A stretch of 64,000 nucleotides of DNA from Patescibacteria group bacterium. Its GTDB lineage: Bacteria > Patescibacteriota > Microgenomatia > UBA12405. Location of the stretch: assembly GCA_013387215.1 (NCBI GenBank), contig WARW01000001.1, forward strand, positions 119,301 through 183,300. The letters run 5' to 3'. The notes under the pieces are model-generated. The model saw only the letters and a program-made list of their open reading frames with translations. It searched no databases and was not told the origin of the DNA. Shown here piece by piece: positions 39,651 to 49,103 of the stretch; position 1 is the stretch's first letter; every line of letters begins with the position of its first letter. Both the position numbers and the translations under genes were made by a program.

Positions 39651-40865
39651 TTATTTCCCGGATTTAATGCGGTTGTCATCTTTACAAAGCATTTGACAGT
39701 TGGCATAATCTGTTTTACCGCCTAATCTCCAAGGTTTTATATGATCAGCTTCCATTTCACCATATTCAAAATGTGCATTACCACAAACAGCATTTTTAGC
39801 GACACAAATACCTTTTTGTTCATTGTATTTTTTAATCTTAGTTTTCTCGTCAAATGTACGTAAACTCAAAGTTCGTTCATCACCCGTTAAGACATACTCA
39901 TAGATGCCTCTTTTATTCTCTACTTCATCATCGTCAATCAATTCTATAATCCTCTTTTCCAAAGTTTCAGAATTTAAACTCTCATCTTTATGTTGGTTAT
40001 AAAACCTTCCCCATTCCAAACCTTTCATTAACTGTACGCGAACACTCGTTTGGTTAGGGAAAACTTTATTCGCCCAATCAACTACATTGCGATAGTAACC
40101 ACGAATCTCGTCAGCGTTCTCGGTGTTCTGGTGATCAGCCATATACTCCTCAATACCCTTATGACTATTGTCGTAATCATGACTAATCCAACGTAAGGCC
40201 GTTTCTAAAATTTTTTGCCTGTTTGCTTCGCCAGTAACAAGATTTTTACCAAGTTCAATTGCTGGCCCGCCGGTTTTACTAAAAAATCTTTTTGCATCCA
40301 TTAGCCATTTACCGGTATAGTTTGCATTGCGAATTTCTTGGGGTGTTTGTTCCAGACCAGCAATATTTATAACATTAAACCATGTTATTTTTTCATTTGG
40401 TGTGCCTTCACAAATATAAATTGACAATTCATAGTCTAAAAACTCATTTTGCTGATCGCGAGTTAAATTGCTAAACTTTTTAGGAGCACCTTCCCAGTTA
40501 ATTGAAAACTCACCGCTTAAATACTGACCTTGCTCACCAATTTCTGCCTTGGTAATATCGCCCACATACTGACAGATACTTATAGTGCGTTGTTGACCAT
40601 CTATTACTTCGTATTGATCATTGCCGATTTTTGCCCAGTACATCACATTGAGGGGAAAGCCATGTCGGACAGTTTCTATTACCAAATTTCGTTGTTTCTC
40701 ACCGTATACAAAGTTGCGCTGAAAAGCCGGACGAATGTTTAACTTACCACCGTAACCAACAACTGGTCCTTCTTGCTCACTTTCGTCGCAGTAACCTGCA
40801 ACTAAATCACGAACAGTTATTTTTGGTGCTCCATCCTCACGACCGGAGAGTTTAATTTGCATCAT
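39651..40865 (-). CDS. DUF262 (ParB-like) plus DUF1524 (His-Me finger/HNH) nuclease, GmrSD-like
   Basis: N-terminal VIDGQQRTISI (DGQQR motif of DUF262/GmrS). C-terminal ADHIKPWRLGGKTDYANCQMLCKDDNRIK (HNH-like DUF1524). Confidence 0.65.
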   Translation of the reverse strand: MMQIKLSGREDGAPKITVRDLVAGYCDESEQEGPVVGYGGKLNIRPAFQRNFVYGEKQRNLVIETVRHGFPLNVMYWAKIGNDQYEVIDGQQRTISICQYVGDITKAEIGEQGQYLSGEFSINWEGAPKKFSNLTRDQQNEFLDYELSIYICEGTPNEKITWFNVINIAGLEQTPQEIRNANYTGKWLMDAKRFFSKTGGPAIELGKNLVTGEANRQKILETALRWISHDYDNSHKGIEEYMADHQNTENADEIRGYYRNVVDWANKVFPNQTSVRVQLMKGLEWGRFYNQHKDESLNSETLEKRIIELIDDDEVENKRGIYEYVLTGDERTLSLRTFDEKTKIKKYNEQKGICVAKNAVCGNAHFEYGEMEADHIKPWRLGGKTDYANCQMLCKDDNRIKSGK

Positions 40866-41923
40866 TATGTTATCTCCTTTCTTTTAATAAAAATACGTGC
40901 ATAAATAAGTTTATATTCATCGCCAACTTTTATAGAGCCGCGCCTGTTTAAGTCGCCATATTTAGGGCTATCGGCAGATGTGTAAACTCTTGTTTTCAAA
41001 CCTGAGTTATTATCTCTATCAGTTATCCCTAAAATCTCAAATTGATCAGGGTTGTACTTATCCAGAAAAGTTATTGGCACACCCATTGGCTCAAAATAAT
41101 CTTCGGGAATATCTTTAACCTTGTCAATTTCTATTGCGTCGTAGTTATCATATTTTGGATATTGTTCTGGTAAATAGCGTCTATATAAATCTAATGGTTC
41201 GTGGCGTTTACTGACATCTAAATTTGTATACCAACCTTTATTTCCAAATTTTTTCAGTGTTCCGTTTGGTTGCATAAACTCTTTTACTCTTTTATAACCG
41301 CGCCAAATTTTATTATTTTTGATCAACGGAAAAACTTCTTTTAAAGTAATCCAGTTATCATCCCCAATTATTAAAAATTCTTTTTTGTATTCAAATAATT
41401 GCGCAATGTATTCACGCGCCAAACTAAAAGGAGGATTAGTACACACAATGTCTGCTTCTTTTAATAATTCAACACACTCGGCGCTTCTAAAATCGCCATT
41501 ACCTTTGAGGGGTGTCGCAACATTTTTATTATTTTGCAACAGCCACTGTACATCGGAAATATCCACTGCACCATCATTATTGCTGTCGGGCACCTGATTT
41601 ATTTCTATTTTGAGTGGTGTTTTATTTTTTCTCGATGATACTATCTCACGCGCACCAGCAATGTCACCGATTGATAATTGCGTGAAAGCTATAGGTGATG
41701 GAATGTAACTCGTGGCAATCAGTTTCCTAAGTCCTAATGCATTAAAACTGCTAGCAAAATATTTAAAGAAATTGCTCTCAAACGGATCATCGCAATTCAG
41801 AAGAACTATTTTATTTCTAAACTGCATTGTATAGTATCTTAGCTCGTTTTCTATATCGGCAAGTTGAGTGTAGAACTCATCGTTTCTTACCTCTCTGGCC
41901 TTAATTAGATTTGTGTTAGTCAT
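40865..41923 (-). CDS. DNA methyltransferase (amino-methyltransferase, NPPF motif IV)
   Basis: Motif IV DIVCTNPPFSL and N-terminal SAM-binding-like region (LLNCDDPFESNFF). Stop overlaps the start of the DUF262 gene (ATGA). Confidence 0.6.
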   Translation of the reverse strand: MTNTNLIKAREVRNDEFYTQLADIENELRYYTMQFRNKIVLLNCDDPFESNFFKYFASSFNALGLRKLIATSYIPSPIAFTQLSIGDIAGAREIVSSRKNKTPLKIEINQVPDSNNDGAVDISDVQWLLQNNKNVATPLKGNGDFRSAECVELLKEADIVCTNPPFSLAREYIAQLFEYKKEFLIIGDDNWITLKEVFPLIKNNKIWRGYKRVKEFMQPNGTLKKFGNKGWYTNLDVSKRHEPLDLYRRYLPEQYPKYDNYDAIEIDKVKDIPEDYFEPMGVPITFLDKYNPDQFEILGITDRDNNSGLKTRVYTSADSPKYGDLNRRGSIKVGDEYKLIYARIFIKRKEIT

Positions 41924-42235
41924 AAATATTTCAATTCATTAATATTTTGATCAAGGTCTTCATTTTTAACCCAACACTCTTGTAAATATAAAAATTTATC
42001 TTCTTATAAATGTAATATATATCACAATAAATAACATATCAACAACCAATACTTCTCGTCATAACTATTAATTTGTGATTTACCAGCCAAACAATTTTCT
42101 CTAGGCGATTAAGTTACAAAAAAAGATTTTAAAGGGGACATCGTTAATTAAACGATAAAGTACTAGATCGAAATTACTCCGCTAAGATAGCTAGTAAAAA
42201 TTAATCAAAATATTAAAAATGTTACACTTAAATCA

Positions 42236-42823
42236 ATGAACCAAGTAGCAAATGAAATCGCATTAGGAATTTTAAAAGCTATTCCTTGGTGGCTTTGGGT
42301 TATTATCATAATTTTTGCCATTCTTGGACCAGAAGAGAATATCCGTCGCCGTCGTCATTCATATAAAACAAAAGGTATTTTAGAAATCTTTGTTGATTGG
42401 ATTTGGTATCAATTAGCTGAAAAGAAAAAAATTGAGAAATCAGGTATTAATAATATTGACCGTATGAGCGGTTATCAATTTGAAAAATATTTAATCAATC
42501 TTTTTATTCGTCTTGGCTACAAAGTTCGTCATGTTGGAAGTAATTACTATCAGCATCATGGTGATTTTGGGGCCGACTTAATTGTTGAAAAAGATGGTGT
42601 TAAAACCGCCGTTCGAGCCAAAAACTATAATAATCTAGTGGGTATTGAAGCTGTTCGTCGAGTTCTTGGTGCTATTAACTATTATCAATGCCAAAGGGGA
42701 ATTGTTGTTACTAATAATTTCTTTTCTTTCGACGCTAGAACTCAAGCTAGTGTGAGTAATGTTGAATTGTGGGATCGAAATAATCTTATTGATGTTATTT
42801 CTAAATTAAACACCAATAAATAA
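42236..42823 (+). CDS. membrane-anchored Mrr-cat (restriction endonuclease-like) domain protein
   Basis: N-terminal TM helix plus RRRRH; Mrr_cat-like core (QFEKYLINLFIRLGYKVRHVG...GDFGADLIVEKDGVKTAVRAKNY). Paralog of 45063..45740. Confidence 0.55.
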   Translation: MNQVANEIALGILKAIPWWLWVIIIIFAILGPEENIRRRRHSYKTKGILEIFVDWIWYQLAEKKKIEKSGINNIDRMSGYQFEKYLINLFIRLGYKVRHVGSNYYQHHGDFGADLIVEKDGVKTAVRAKNYNNLVGIEAVRRVLGAINYYQCQRGIVVTNNFFSFDARTQASVSNVELWDRNNLIDVISKLNTNK

Positions 42824-42852
42824 GTGGGGATATTTATTCTATCGAGTAGAAA

Positions 42853-44496
42853 TCAATAACTACTTTTTATATAGTAGTAACCAATCAATCCTATGATAAT
42901 TATCCAAAACAAATAAATACTTATAGCTCCCGCAATAATTAAAACAATACCAATCAAAACTATATTCCAATATTTTTTTTGATTTGTTTCATATTTTTGC
43001 CTTGTTTCTCCAAAATAATCCAAAATATATTGCCACCTATCCGTTGCTTTTATATATCCAAGCATCTTTTGTAACTCTGACTCTTCAATCTGTTTGATTT
43101 GTATTTTTTCTTCGTTGGTTAGTTTCTTCTTACTGCTTTGTAAAGATTTTTCATTAATATACCTCACTAAACCAGCATCACCTTCTCCAAAAAATAAGAC
43201 TGCTTTTGATTTTTTACCGTCTCTTCCAATTCTTCCCATTTGCTGGTAATAATCTTCAATGTTTTGAGGAATACACCAATGTATAGCAATTCTAATATCA
43301 GGAATATTTACACCCATTCCAAAAGCCGAGGTACAAATTAATACTTTCCATTTTGATGGAACAGTTCCTTTGTATTCATCTTGAATTCTTATTTTGTCTT
43401 CTCTGTTTTGTTTGCCATAAAAGAATTCGCAGTTAACATCTTTTCTTACGAGTTCCCTCCAAACCAAACTTCCTATTTTGATTGTTGGCACAAATATAAT
43501 GATTCTTTCATCGTTGTATTCACTAATTATATTAATAATTAAATTTATTTTTTCTTCATCAACTTGTTCCTTTTGACCGTCAAATATTTTTACATATAAA
43601 TCAATTTCTGGTCTGTAAAATCCGGTCACAAAAACAGCAGGATGAACCAGTCCTAATGAAGTAATAATATTTTGTTGTACACGTTTTGAAGCTGAAGCAG
43701 TTAAAGCTATGGTTTTGGGATACCCCAACACCTTTCTTAACTCTTTAAGTTGTGCATAAGAAGGTCTAAAACTTCGGCCCCATTTATCAATACAATGTGC
43801 TTCATCAATAGCTAATAAATCAAATTCATTTTGTAGAAGGGGATGATTAAGTTTAATTTTATTGTCCTGGTATTTATCAAAAAATTGTTCTGGTGCCACA
43901 TAAATAAAACGAAACAATTTTTGAGCAAACATACTTAATCTATTTTCTTTTTCTTCTTGTTCCAAGTCACTATTAATAAATGTTGCAGGAATTCTTTTTT
44001 CCCATAAATTTTCCACCTGATCTTTCATTAATGCTTTCAGCGGTGTAATTACCATTGTTTGATTTTCCAAAGCGATGCCTGGTAATTGAAAGCAAACTGA
44101 TTTTCCTGAACCTGTTGGCATAACAACTAAAACATCTCTACCATTAAGCACAGCTTTAATAATTTCTTGTTGATGTAATCTAAATGTTGTTTTGTGGGTA
44201 AGAAGATAAAGTAATTTTTTTAAATCTTTCTGTTCGGGAAGTTGTAATACATTTCTAAAAAGATTGTTTAATCTAAAAACGATATCTGAAAAATATTTTG
44301 TTTGATATTCGATGTGTTTGCTTGAGTGGCATGTTCGACACAATGTTACAAGATTTGACGGATTATTTTCACCACCCCATTTTTCTGGGATTACATGATG
44401 AATATTTAAATTCTCTTTACTGCCACATTCGATGCACTGATGATGGTCTCTATTTAAAACTAAATTTCTTATTTCGTCCGATAAATATATTTTCAT
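42853..44496 (-). CDS. HNH endonuclease fused to RecQ-family DEAH helicase, with C-terminal TM helix
   Basis: N-terminal HNH (HHQCIECGS...NIHHVIP...NLVTLCRTCH). Helicase motifs I VVMPTGSGKS, II DEAH, V TSAFGMGVNIPDIR, VI QQMGRIGRDG. Hydrophobic C-terminal 35 aa. Confidence 0.7.
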   Translation of the reverse strand: MKIYLSDEIRNLVLNRDHHQCIECGSKENLNIHHVIPEKWGGENNPSNLVTLCRTCHSSKHIEYQTKYFSDIVFRLNNLFRNVLQLPEQKDLKKLLYLLTHKTTFRLHQQEIIKAVLNGRDVLVVMPTGSGKSVCFQLPGIALENQTMVITPLKALMKDQVENLWEKRIPATFINSDLEQEEKENRLSMFAQKLFRFIYVAPEQFFDKYQDNKIKLNHPLLQNEFDLLAIDEAHCIDKWGRSFRPSYAQLKELRKVLGYPKTIALTASASKRVQQNIITSLGLVHPAVFVTGFYRPEIDLYVKIFDGQKEQVDEEKINLIINIISEYNDERIIIFVPTIKIGSLVWRELVRKDVNCEFFYGKQNREDKIRIQDEYKGTVPSKWKVLICTSAFGMGVNIPDIRIAIHWCIPQNIEDYYQQMGRIGRDGKKSKAVLFFGEGDAGLVRYINEKSLQSSKKKLTNEEKIQIKQIEESELQKMLGYIKATDRWQYILDYFGETRQKYETNQKKYWNIVLIGIVLIIAGAISIYLFWIIIIGLIGYYYIKSSY

Positions 44497-44628
44497 CTAT
44501 AGATTATTTTTACACTTGTTTATAAAAGTAATAAAGTAAACAATCGTAAATGAAAAACAAAACCACTTTGACAATTGATTAAACTTTGTGTTCATTTTTC
44601 ATTCATTTTCTCATTATATAATTTCGTC

Positions 44629-45042
44629 ATGAAAAACATTGTAAAAATCGGCTACATTTTATTTTTGTTTTTAGTTCTGCCAATTTTATTTATAAAACCT
44701 ATACAAGCTAAAAGTGGATGTTGCTCACATCACGGAGGAGTTTGTGGTTGCGACACAAATATTGGTAGCCAGGTTTGTTGCGATGGCTCTTATAGTCCAA
44801 CTTGTGGCTGTACAATCGTTAAAAAACCAACACCTACACCTATTAAAGTTGTTAAAACCAATCCTCTTGTTCAAAACAAAACAATTAAAACTATGAAAAT
44901 TACCATACCTCAAGTAAAGAAAAGCGGTACAGGTATTTGTCATCAAAAAGGAAGTACTTATTATAACCAAACTCTTAAATTCACTTCTTATAATTCTCTT
45001 CAAGAATGTTTAAAATCTGGTGGGAGATTACCAAAAAGATAA
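44629..45042 (+). CDS. secreted cysteine-rich small protein
   Basis: Signal peptide/TM, then SGCCSHHGGVCGCDTNIGSQVCCDGSYSPTCGC (10 Cys in 35 aa). Start set at the second Met (MKNIVKIGY). Confidence 0.35.
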   Translation: MKNIVKIGYILFLFLVLPILFIKPIQAKSGCCSHHGGVCGCDTNIGSQVCCDGSYSPTCGCTIVKKPTPTPIKVVKTNPLVQNKTIKTMKITIPQVKKSGTGICHQKGSTYYNQTLKFTSYNSLQECLKSGGRLPKR

Positions 45043-45062
45043 TTTGTAATATACTTAATTAA

Positions 45063-45740
45063 ATGACACAAACAGTTGGTATGGGTGACATAATTTGGCA
45101 AATAGTTAAAGGAATTCCTTGGTGGTGTTGGATAATTATACTAATAAGTGCTGTTGCAAGCCCGACTACTAGAAGAAGATATAAAAGACGTAGGTATTAT
45201 AGTAATTACAATAAATCTCTATTCGATGAAATAACTGATTCTATGGTTAATTTTATATTGAACTGTTTCAAAAGAAATTTTTCAGTAAAAAGACAAACTT
45301 TTTCGCAAACATACGCAACTAATTCCACTCAACAATCTACTATGAACCAAGAATCAAGTATCTGGGAAATTGATCAAATGACTGGTAGAGAATTTGAAAA
45401 ATATTTAGAAAAATTATTTATTAAACTAGGTTACAAAGTAAATAGGGTTGGAACGTGTTGGTATGACCATAGAGGGGATTTTGGTGCCGATTTGATTGTT
45501 GAAAAAGATGAAATTAAAACTGCAATTCAGGCTAAAAATTATAAAAATAATAATTTAGTAGGAATTAATTCTGTAAGAGAAGTTATCGGTGGTCTTAGTC
45601 ATTATAATTGTCAAAAAGCTGCTGTTATAACAAACAGTTATTTTACTAATGATGCTAAAGTTCAAGCAGGGGACAGTAATGTGAAATTACTTAATAGAGA
45701 TGATTTAATTAAACTCATTTCACGAACTGAAATAAAATAA
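45063..45740 (+). CDS. membrane-anchored Mrr-cat domain protein (paralog)
   Basis: Same architecture as 42236..42823 (TM, RRRYKRRR, Mrr_cat core REFEKYLEKLFIKLGYKVNRVG...GDFGADLIVEKDEIKTAIQAKNY); ~60% identical over the C-terminal domain. Confidence 0.55.
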   Translation: MTQTVGMGDIIWQIVKGIPWWCWIIILISAVASPTTRRRYKRRRYYSNYNKSLFDEITDSMVNFILNCFKRNFSVKRQTFSQTYATNSTQQSTMNQESSIWEIDQMTGREFEKYLEKLFIKLGYKVNRVGTCWYDHRGDFGADLIVEKDEIKTAIQAKNYKNNNLVGINSVREVIGGLSHYNCQKAAVITNSYFTNDAKVQAGDSNVKLLNRDDLIKLISRTEIK

Positions 45741-45741
45741 A

Positions 45742-46173
45742 TTGAGCTTAGACAATATGTCCCGCATTTACTCAAACAACGATCCAATTGAAATTCCTTT
45801 TCCTACCGATAAATTCCAAAAATATTTATCTCTTCTTAAAATAAACGAAAAAGATTTAAATTTAATTAATATTGAATTAATTTTTGCCTTAAGTTTCCTT
45901 GATTTTAAAACTGGTAAAAATTCTTTAGATGAATTTTCCGAAATTTCTAATCATCTTTTAAGCCTCTTAGATATCGTAACCAAAACAACTAATGATTTTG
46001 GAAAGGCTCTTGAATCAGCTGCAGAACTAAATTTTTATATCCGCAATATTGAAGATTCTAATGATAATTCAGTTGCAAATTTTATGACCACAATTGAAAA
46101 TTATTTTCAAAAACTTAGACCCGGATTATTAGACCAAGCCAAAAAAAATAAAGTTCTAAAACAGTCCACTTAG
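45742..46173 (+). CDS. hypothetical protein
   Basis: 143-aa ORF immediately after the Mrr-cat paralog. Confidence 0.3.
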   Translation: MSLDNMSRIYSNNDPIEIPFPTDKFQKYLSLLKINEKDLNLINIELIFALSFLDFKTGKNSLDEFSEISNHLLSLLDIVTKTTNDFGKALESAAELNFYIRNIEDSNDNSVANFMTTIENYFQKLRPGLLDQAKKNKVLKQST

Positions 46174-46186
46174 CCAGCACTCTCAT

Positions 46187-46795
46187 TTATCTCTCTTCTG
46201 AATCCACCACCTCTCCTGTTTTCACTTCTCCCTCCCTTCTATACGTTGCAAATATCACCCCGCTAGGTGTTGTTTTAGATTCAACAAGTCTAAATGCAGC
46301 CGGTTTTGTTCCTTTGTCAAACAACCGTTTTCCCGTACCCAATATAATTGGAAATATTTTTAGCCAAAATTCATCCACCAAATCATTTTCCATTAATGTC
46401 TGAACAAGATTGCCGCTTCCGTATACTTGCAAATCTGGACCGTTTGAATTCCTTATTTTTTTCAATTCATCAATATCTTTGACTACTACTGTATTTTCCC
46501 ATGATGGTTCTGTTAAAGTTTTCGAGACAACATATTTTGTTATTTTATTTACCTGTGGCCACGTTTCTGAGTGTTGAGGCCAATATCCCGCAAAAATGTC
46601 ATATGTTTTACGTCCTAGCAAGAGATCATATTCTCCTTTTATCTGTTTATCCATTTCTTTTCCCGACAATTCATCAAAGTAGGGACTTGTCCATCCCCCG
46701 TACTCAAAACCCTCGGCAGTATCTTCTTTGGATCCGCCCGGTGCCTGCATAACGCCATCAAGAGTCATAAATTCCAGAACTATTATCTTTCTCAT
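46187..46795 (-). CDS. dihydrofolate reductase-family protein (RibD C-terminal domain / YyaP-like)
   Basis: MRKIIVLEFMTLDGVMQAPGG...YGSGNLVQTL matches the RibD_C/DHFR-like family. Confidence 0.6.
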   Translation of the reverse strand: MRKIIVLEFMTLDGVMQAPGGSKEDTAEGFEYGGWTSPYFDELSGKEMDKQIKGEYDLLLGRKTYDIFAGYWPQHSETWPQVNKITKYVVSKTLTEPSWENTVVVKDIDELKKIRNSNGPDLQVYGSGNLVQTLMENDLVDEFWLKIFPIILGTGKRLFDKGTKPAAFRLVESKTTPSGVIFATYRREGEVKTGEVVDSEER

Positions 46796-47009
46796 ATTGC
46801 AGTTAAAGCTCGATAATTATTAATACTGTATTATTAATGCAGATAAAAAGAAGCAGGTTAATGAAACAATAGAAACAGGTAAGTATCACGAAAATCCAGA
46901 ATCTTTACAAAAAGCCGCGGCTCTTCTTGGATTGATTTAAGTCTGATCCAAAATCTTTTCCTTCTCGAAATCAAGCTAGGTTTGAATTATACTCTTCAAT
47001 TATTAGGGT

Positions 47010-48410
47010 ATGAATACCGGTAAAATAAATCCCAAATTATTGATATTTCTGATAGCTATTTTTATCATCGGATTTTTGTTGAGATTAAATCAATCTTTAA
47101 ATTTCCACGTTGCCTTTGCGGGGGACGCTTGCCGTGATTTTTATATGGCCAAAGAAATTGCCATTAAAGGTACTAAAAATATTCCCATTCCTGAGTGTGG
47201 CGGATGTTATTTTGCTGCAGGTAATTTACTGAAAAACTCAAATTTTTATTTTTATTTTTTATCCGTTCCATATTTTTTATTTAAATCACCAATAGGAATT
47301 CCCATTTTTAATTTAATAAATGGCTTAGTCTTTTGCTTTTTTTCGTTTCTGGTTATCCGCAAAGTTTCTAATGAAAGAATCGCCTGTTTTTCCTTAATAA
47401 TTGCTATTTTTAGTAAGTTTTTTATTGTTTATAACACCGTAACTTTTCAGTCTTATTACATTGCCACATTCGCTGCCATCATTATTTGGCTTTCATTAAA
47501 AAATAAATTTTGGAGTTATGTTTTAGCCTTAATTTTGGGTTTTATTTCTACTGAAATACATCTGGCCACACTTCCGCTTTTATTTTTTATATTTTATAGA
47601 ATAATTAGAAATTTCCCGAAATATAAAATAATTCAAAAATTATTTTTTCTATTATTAAGCATTTCATTTTTATCAATTTTCCTAAAAATTAATGTTGACT
47701 TTAGTCGTTTTGGATATATTTACAACTCTTCCATAAAACATTTTTCTTTATTAAATATTTACAATAATATTTCCAATATTTTCACCCGGGCTCTATATTT
47801 TAGAGGTACGTTTTTAATAGTTTTAATTACTGTAATTTTAAATATAAAGAAATTTAAAGTATTTTATCCGCTAATCTTCACACTTTTGTTTACTGGATTC
47901 ATGGACACTGTTGAATATAGTGGCTACTATTCGGTTTATTATTTATTATTCTTATTTACGATCGGATTTTGCATCGACTACATTTATTTAAATAATAAAT
48001 ACATTGTCATTGGAATATTTGCTGTTTTTTTATTAAAAAGCAATCCTTGTACCTTTTTTGACCAAATTAATTTCTATACTCTTAAAAACTATAAAAATGA
48101 TTGGTATCAACAATCAGTTATCTATGAAATAAACAAAATCAATCCTCTCCATCTTCCAATATCTGCTGGTTATCATGATAATCTAGAGCCTATTTACAAC
48201 TATTACTATTATGCCAACGACTACGATTTGGAAAGTTTTTTAAAAATTAAAAACGATCTTTCTCAACAAAAGTACAAAGAGGGAATTTTAATGTGTTACG
48301 ACGCTAAAGATGGTTTATGTCCCTTTGTTGAAAATAATAAAAACGAAAAAGACTTTACTTTAATCCGCACTATTGAAGGCTATCCCTTCTATTATTGGCA
48401 AAGAAAATAA
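47010..48410 (+). CDS. polytopic membrane protein, GT-C-type glycosyltransferase-like
   Basis: ~12 TM helices with a first extracytoplasmic loop carrying an acidic motif (AGDACRDFYMAKE), as in PMT/ArnT-like GT-C enzymes; weak. Confidence 0.35.
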   Translation: MNTGKINPKLLIFLIAIFIIGFLLRLNQSLNFHVAFAGDACRDFYMAKEIAIKGTKNIPIPECGGCYFAAGNLLKNSNFYFYFLSVPYFLFKSPIGIPIFNLINGLVFCFFSFLVIRKVSNERIACFSLIIAIFSKFFIVYNTVTFQSYYIATFAAIIIWLSLKNKFWSYVLALILGFISTEIHLATLPLLFFIFYRIIRNFPKYKIIQKLFFLLLSISFLSIFLKINVDFSRFGYIYNSSIKHFSLLNIYNNISNIFTRALYFRGTFLIVLITVILNIKKFKVFYPLIFTLLFTGFMDTVEYSGYYSVYYLLFLFTIGFCIDYIYLNNKYIVIGIFAVFLLKSNPCTFFDQINFYTLKNYKNDWYQQSVIYEINKINPLHLPISAGYHDNLEPIYNYYYYANDYDLESFLKIKNDLSQQKYKEGILMCYDAKDGLCPFVENNKNEKDFTLIRTIEGYPFYYWQRK

Positions 48411-48473
48411 ACTTACTCAAAAAATAGTTTCCTCCACATTTGACAAATTCCACAATTTTGGGATGATTTATTT

Positions 48474-49103
48474 ATGAAGAAACAAAAAAAGTCATCAAAA
48501 AGAATACTGTTTGCTTGCGGAATTTTTGCCTCACTTGTTTATATTTTAATTGATATTTTTGCTGCTTTTCAAACCCCTGGCTATAACTATATCAATCAAA
48601 CAATCAGTGAATTGTCTGCTGTTGGAGCACCCGCCAGACCTATTTGGATTGCGATGAGTTTTATTTTTAATCCGCTTTTGATTGCTTTTGGCATCGGGAT
48701 TCTTCTGTCAGTCCGGAAAAAATCTCTTTTTACTACCGGTGTTCTTTTGGTTTTGTGGGGATTGCTTGGTTTTGTTTGGTTATTTTTTCCGATGCATCAA
48801 AGAGGTTCTATTGGTTCCACTACCGACACCATGCATCTAGTAATGGCAGCAATCACTGTGCCACTTATGATGCTATTTATTGGTTTTGGGTCAGTTTCTT
48901 TGGGAAAAAAATTCCGTCTTTATTCAATTTTAACGATTATTTTAATGTTAATTTTTGGCGCATTAACTGGTCAACAAGCTCCAAAAGTGGCTGCTCAACT
49001 GCCAACTCCGGGTTTAGGAATAATGGAAAGAATAAGTGTTTACTCTCCCATGATTTGGGTAATGGTGTTATCCGTAATACTTTTAAAAACCAAAAAAGAT
49101 TAG
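48474..49103 (+). CDS. DUF998-family membrane protein
   Basis: Six TM helices and a TISELSAVGAP motif reminiscent of DUF998. Confidence 0.4.
   Translation: MKKQKKSSKRILFACGIFASLVYILIDIFAAFQTPGYNYINQTISELSAVGAPARPIWIAMSFIFNPLLIAFGIGILLSVRKKSLFTTGVLLVLWGLLGFVWLFFPMHQRGSIGSTTDTMHLVMAAITVPLMMLFIGFGSVSLGKKFRLYSILTIILMLIFGALTGQQAPKVAAQLPTPGLGIMERISVYSPMIWVMVLSVILLKTKKD

Larger units (their letters stand above)
33507..41923. mobile_element. genomic island 2 (older tandem island; right boundary uncertain, cargo may extend to ~45.7 kb)
   Basis: Begins with the second large serine recombinase overlapping the relic tRNA 3' half. Contains a nuclease three-gene operon, a resolvase pseudogene remnant and a methyltransferase plus DUF262-DUF1524 nuclease pair. 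Confidence 0.35.
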
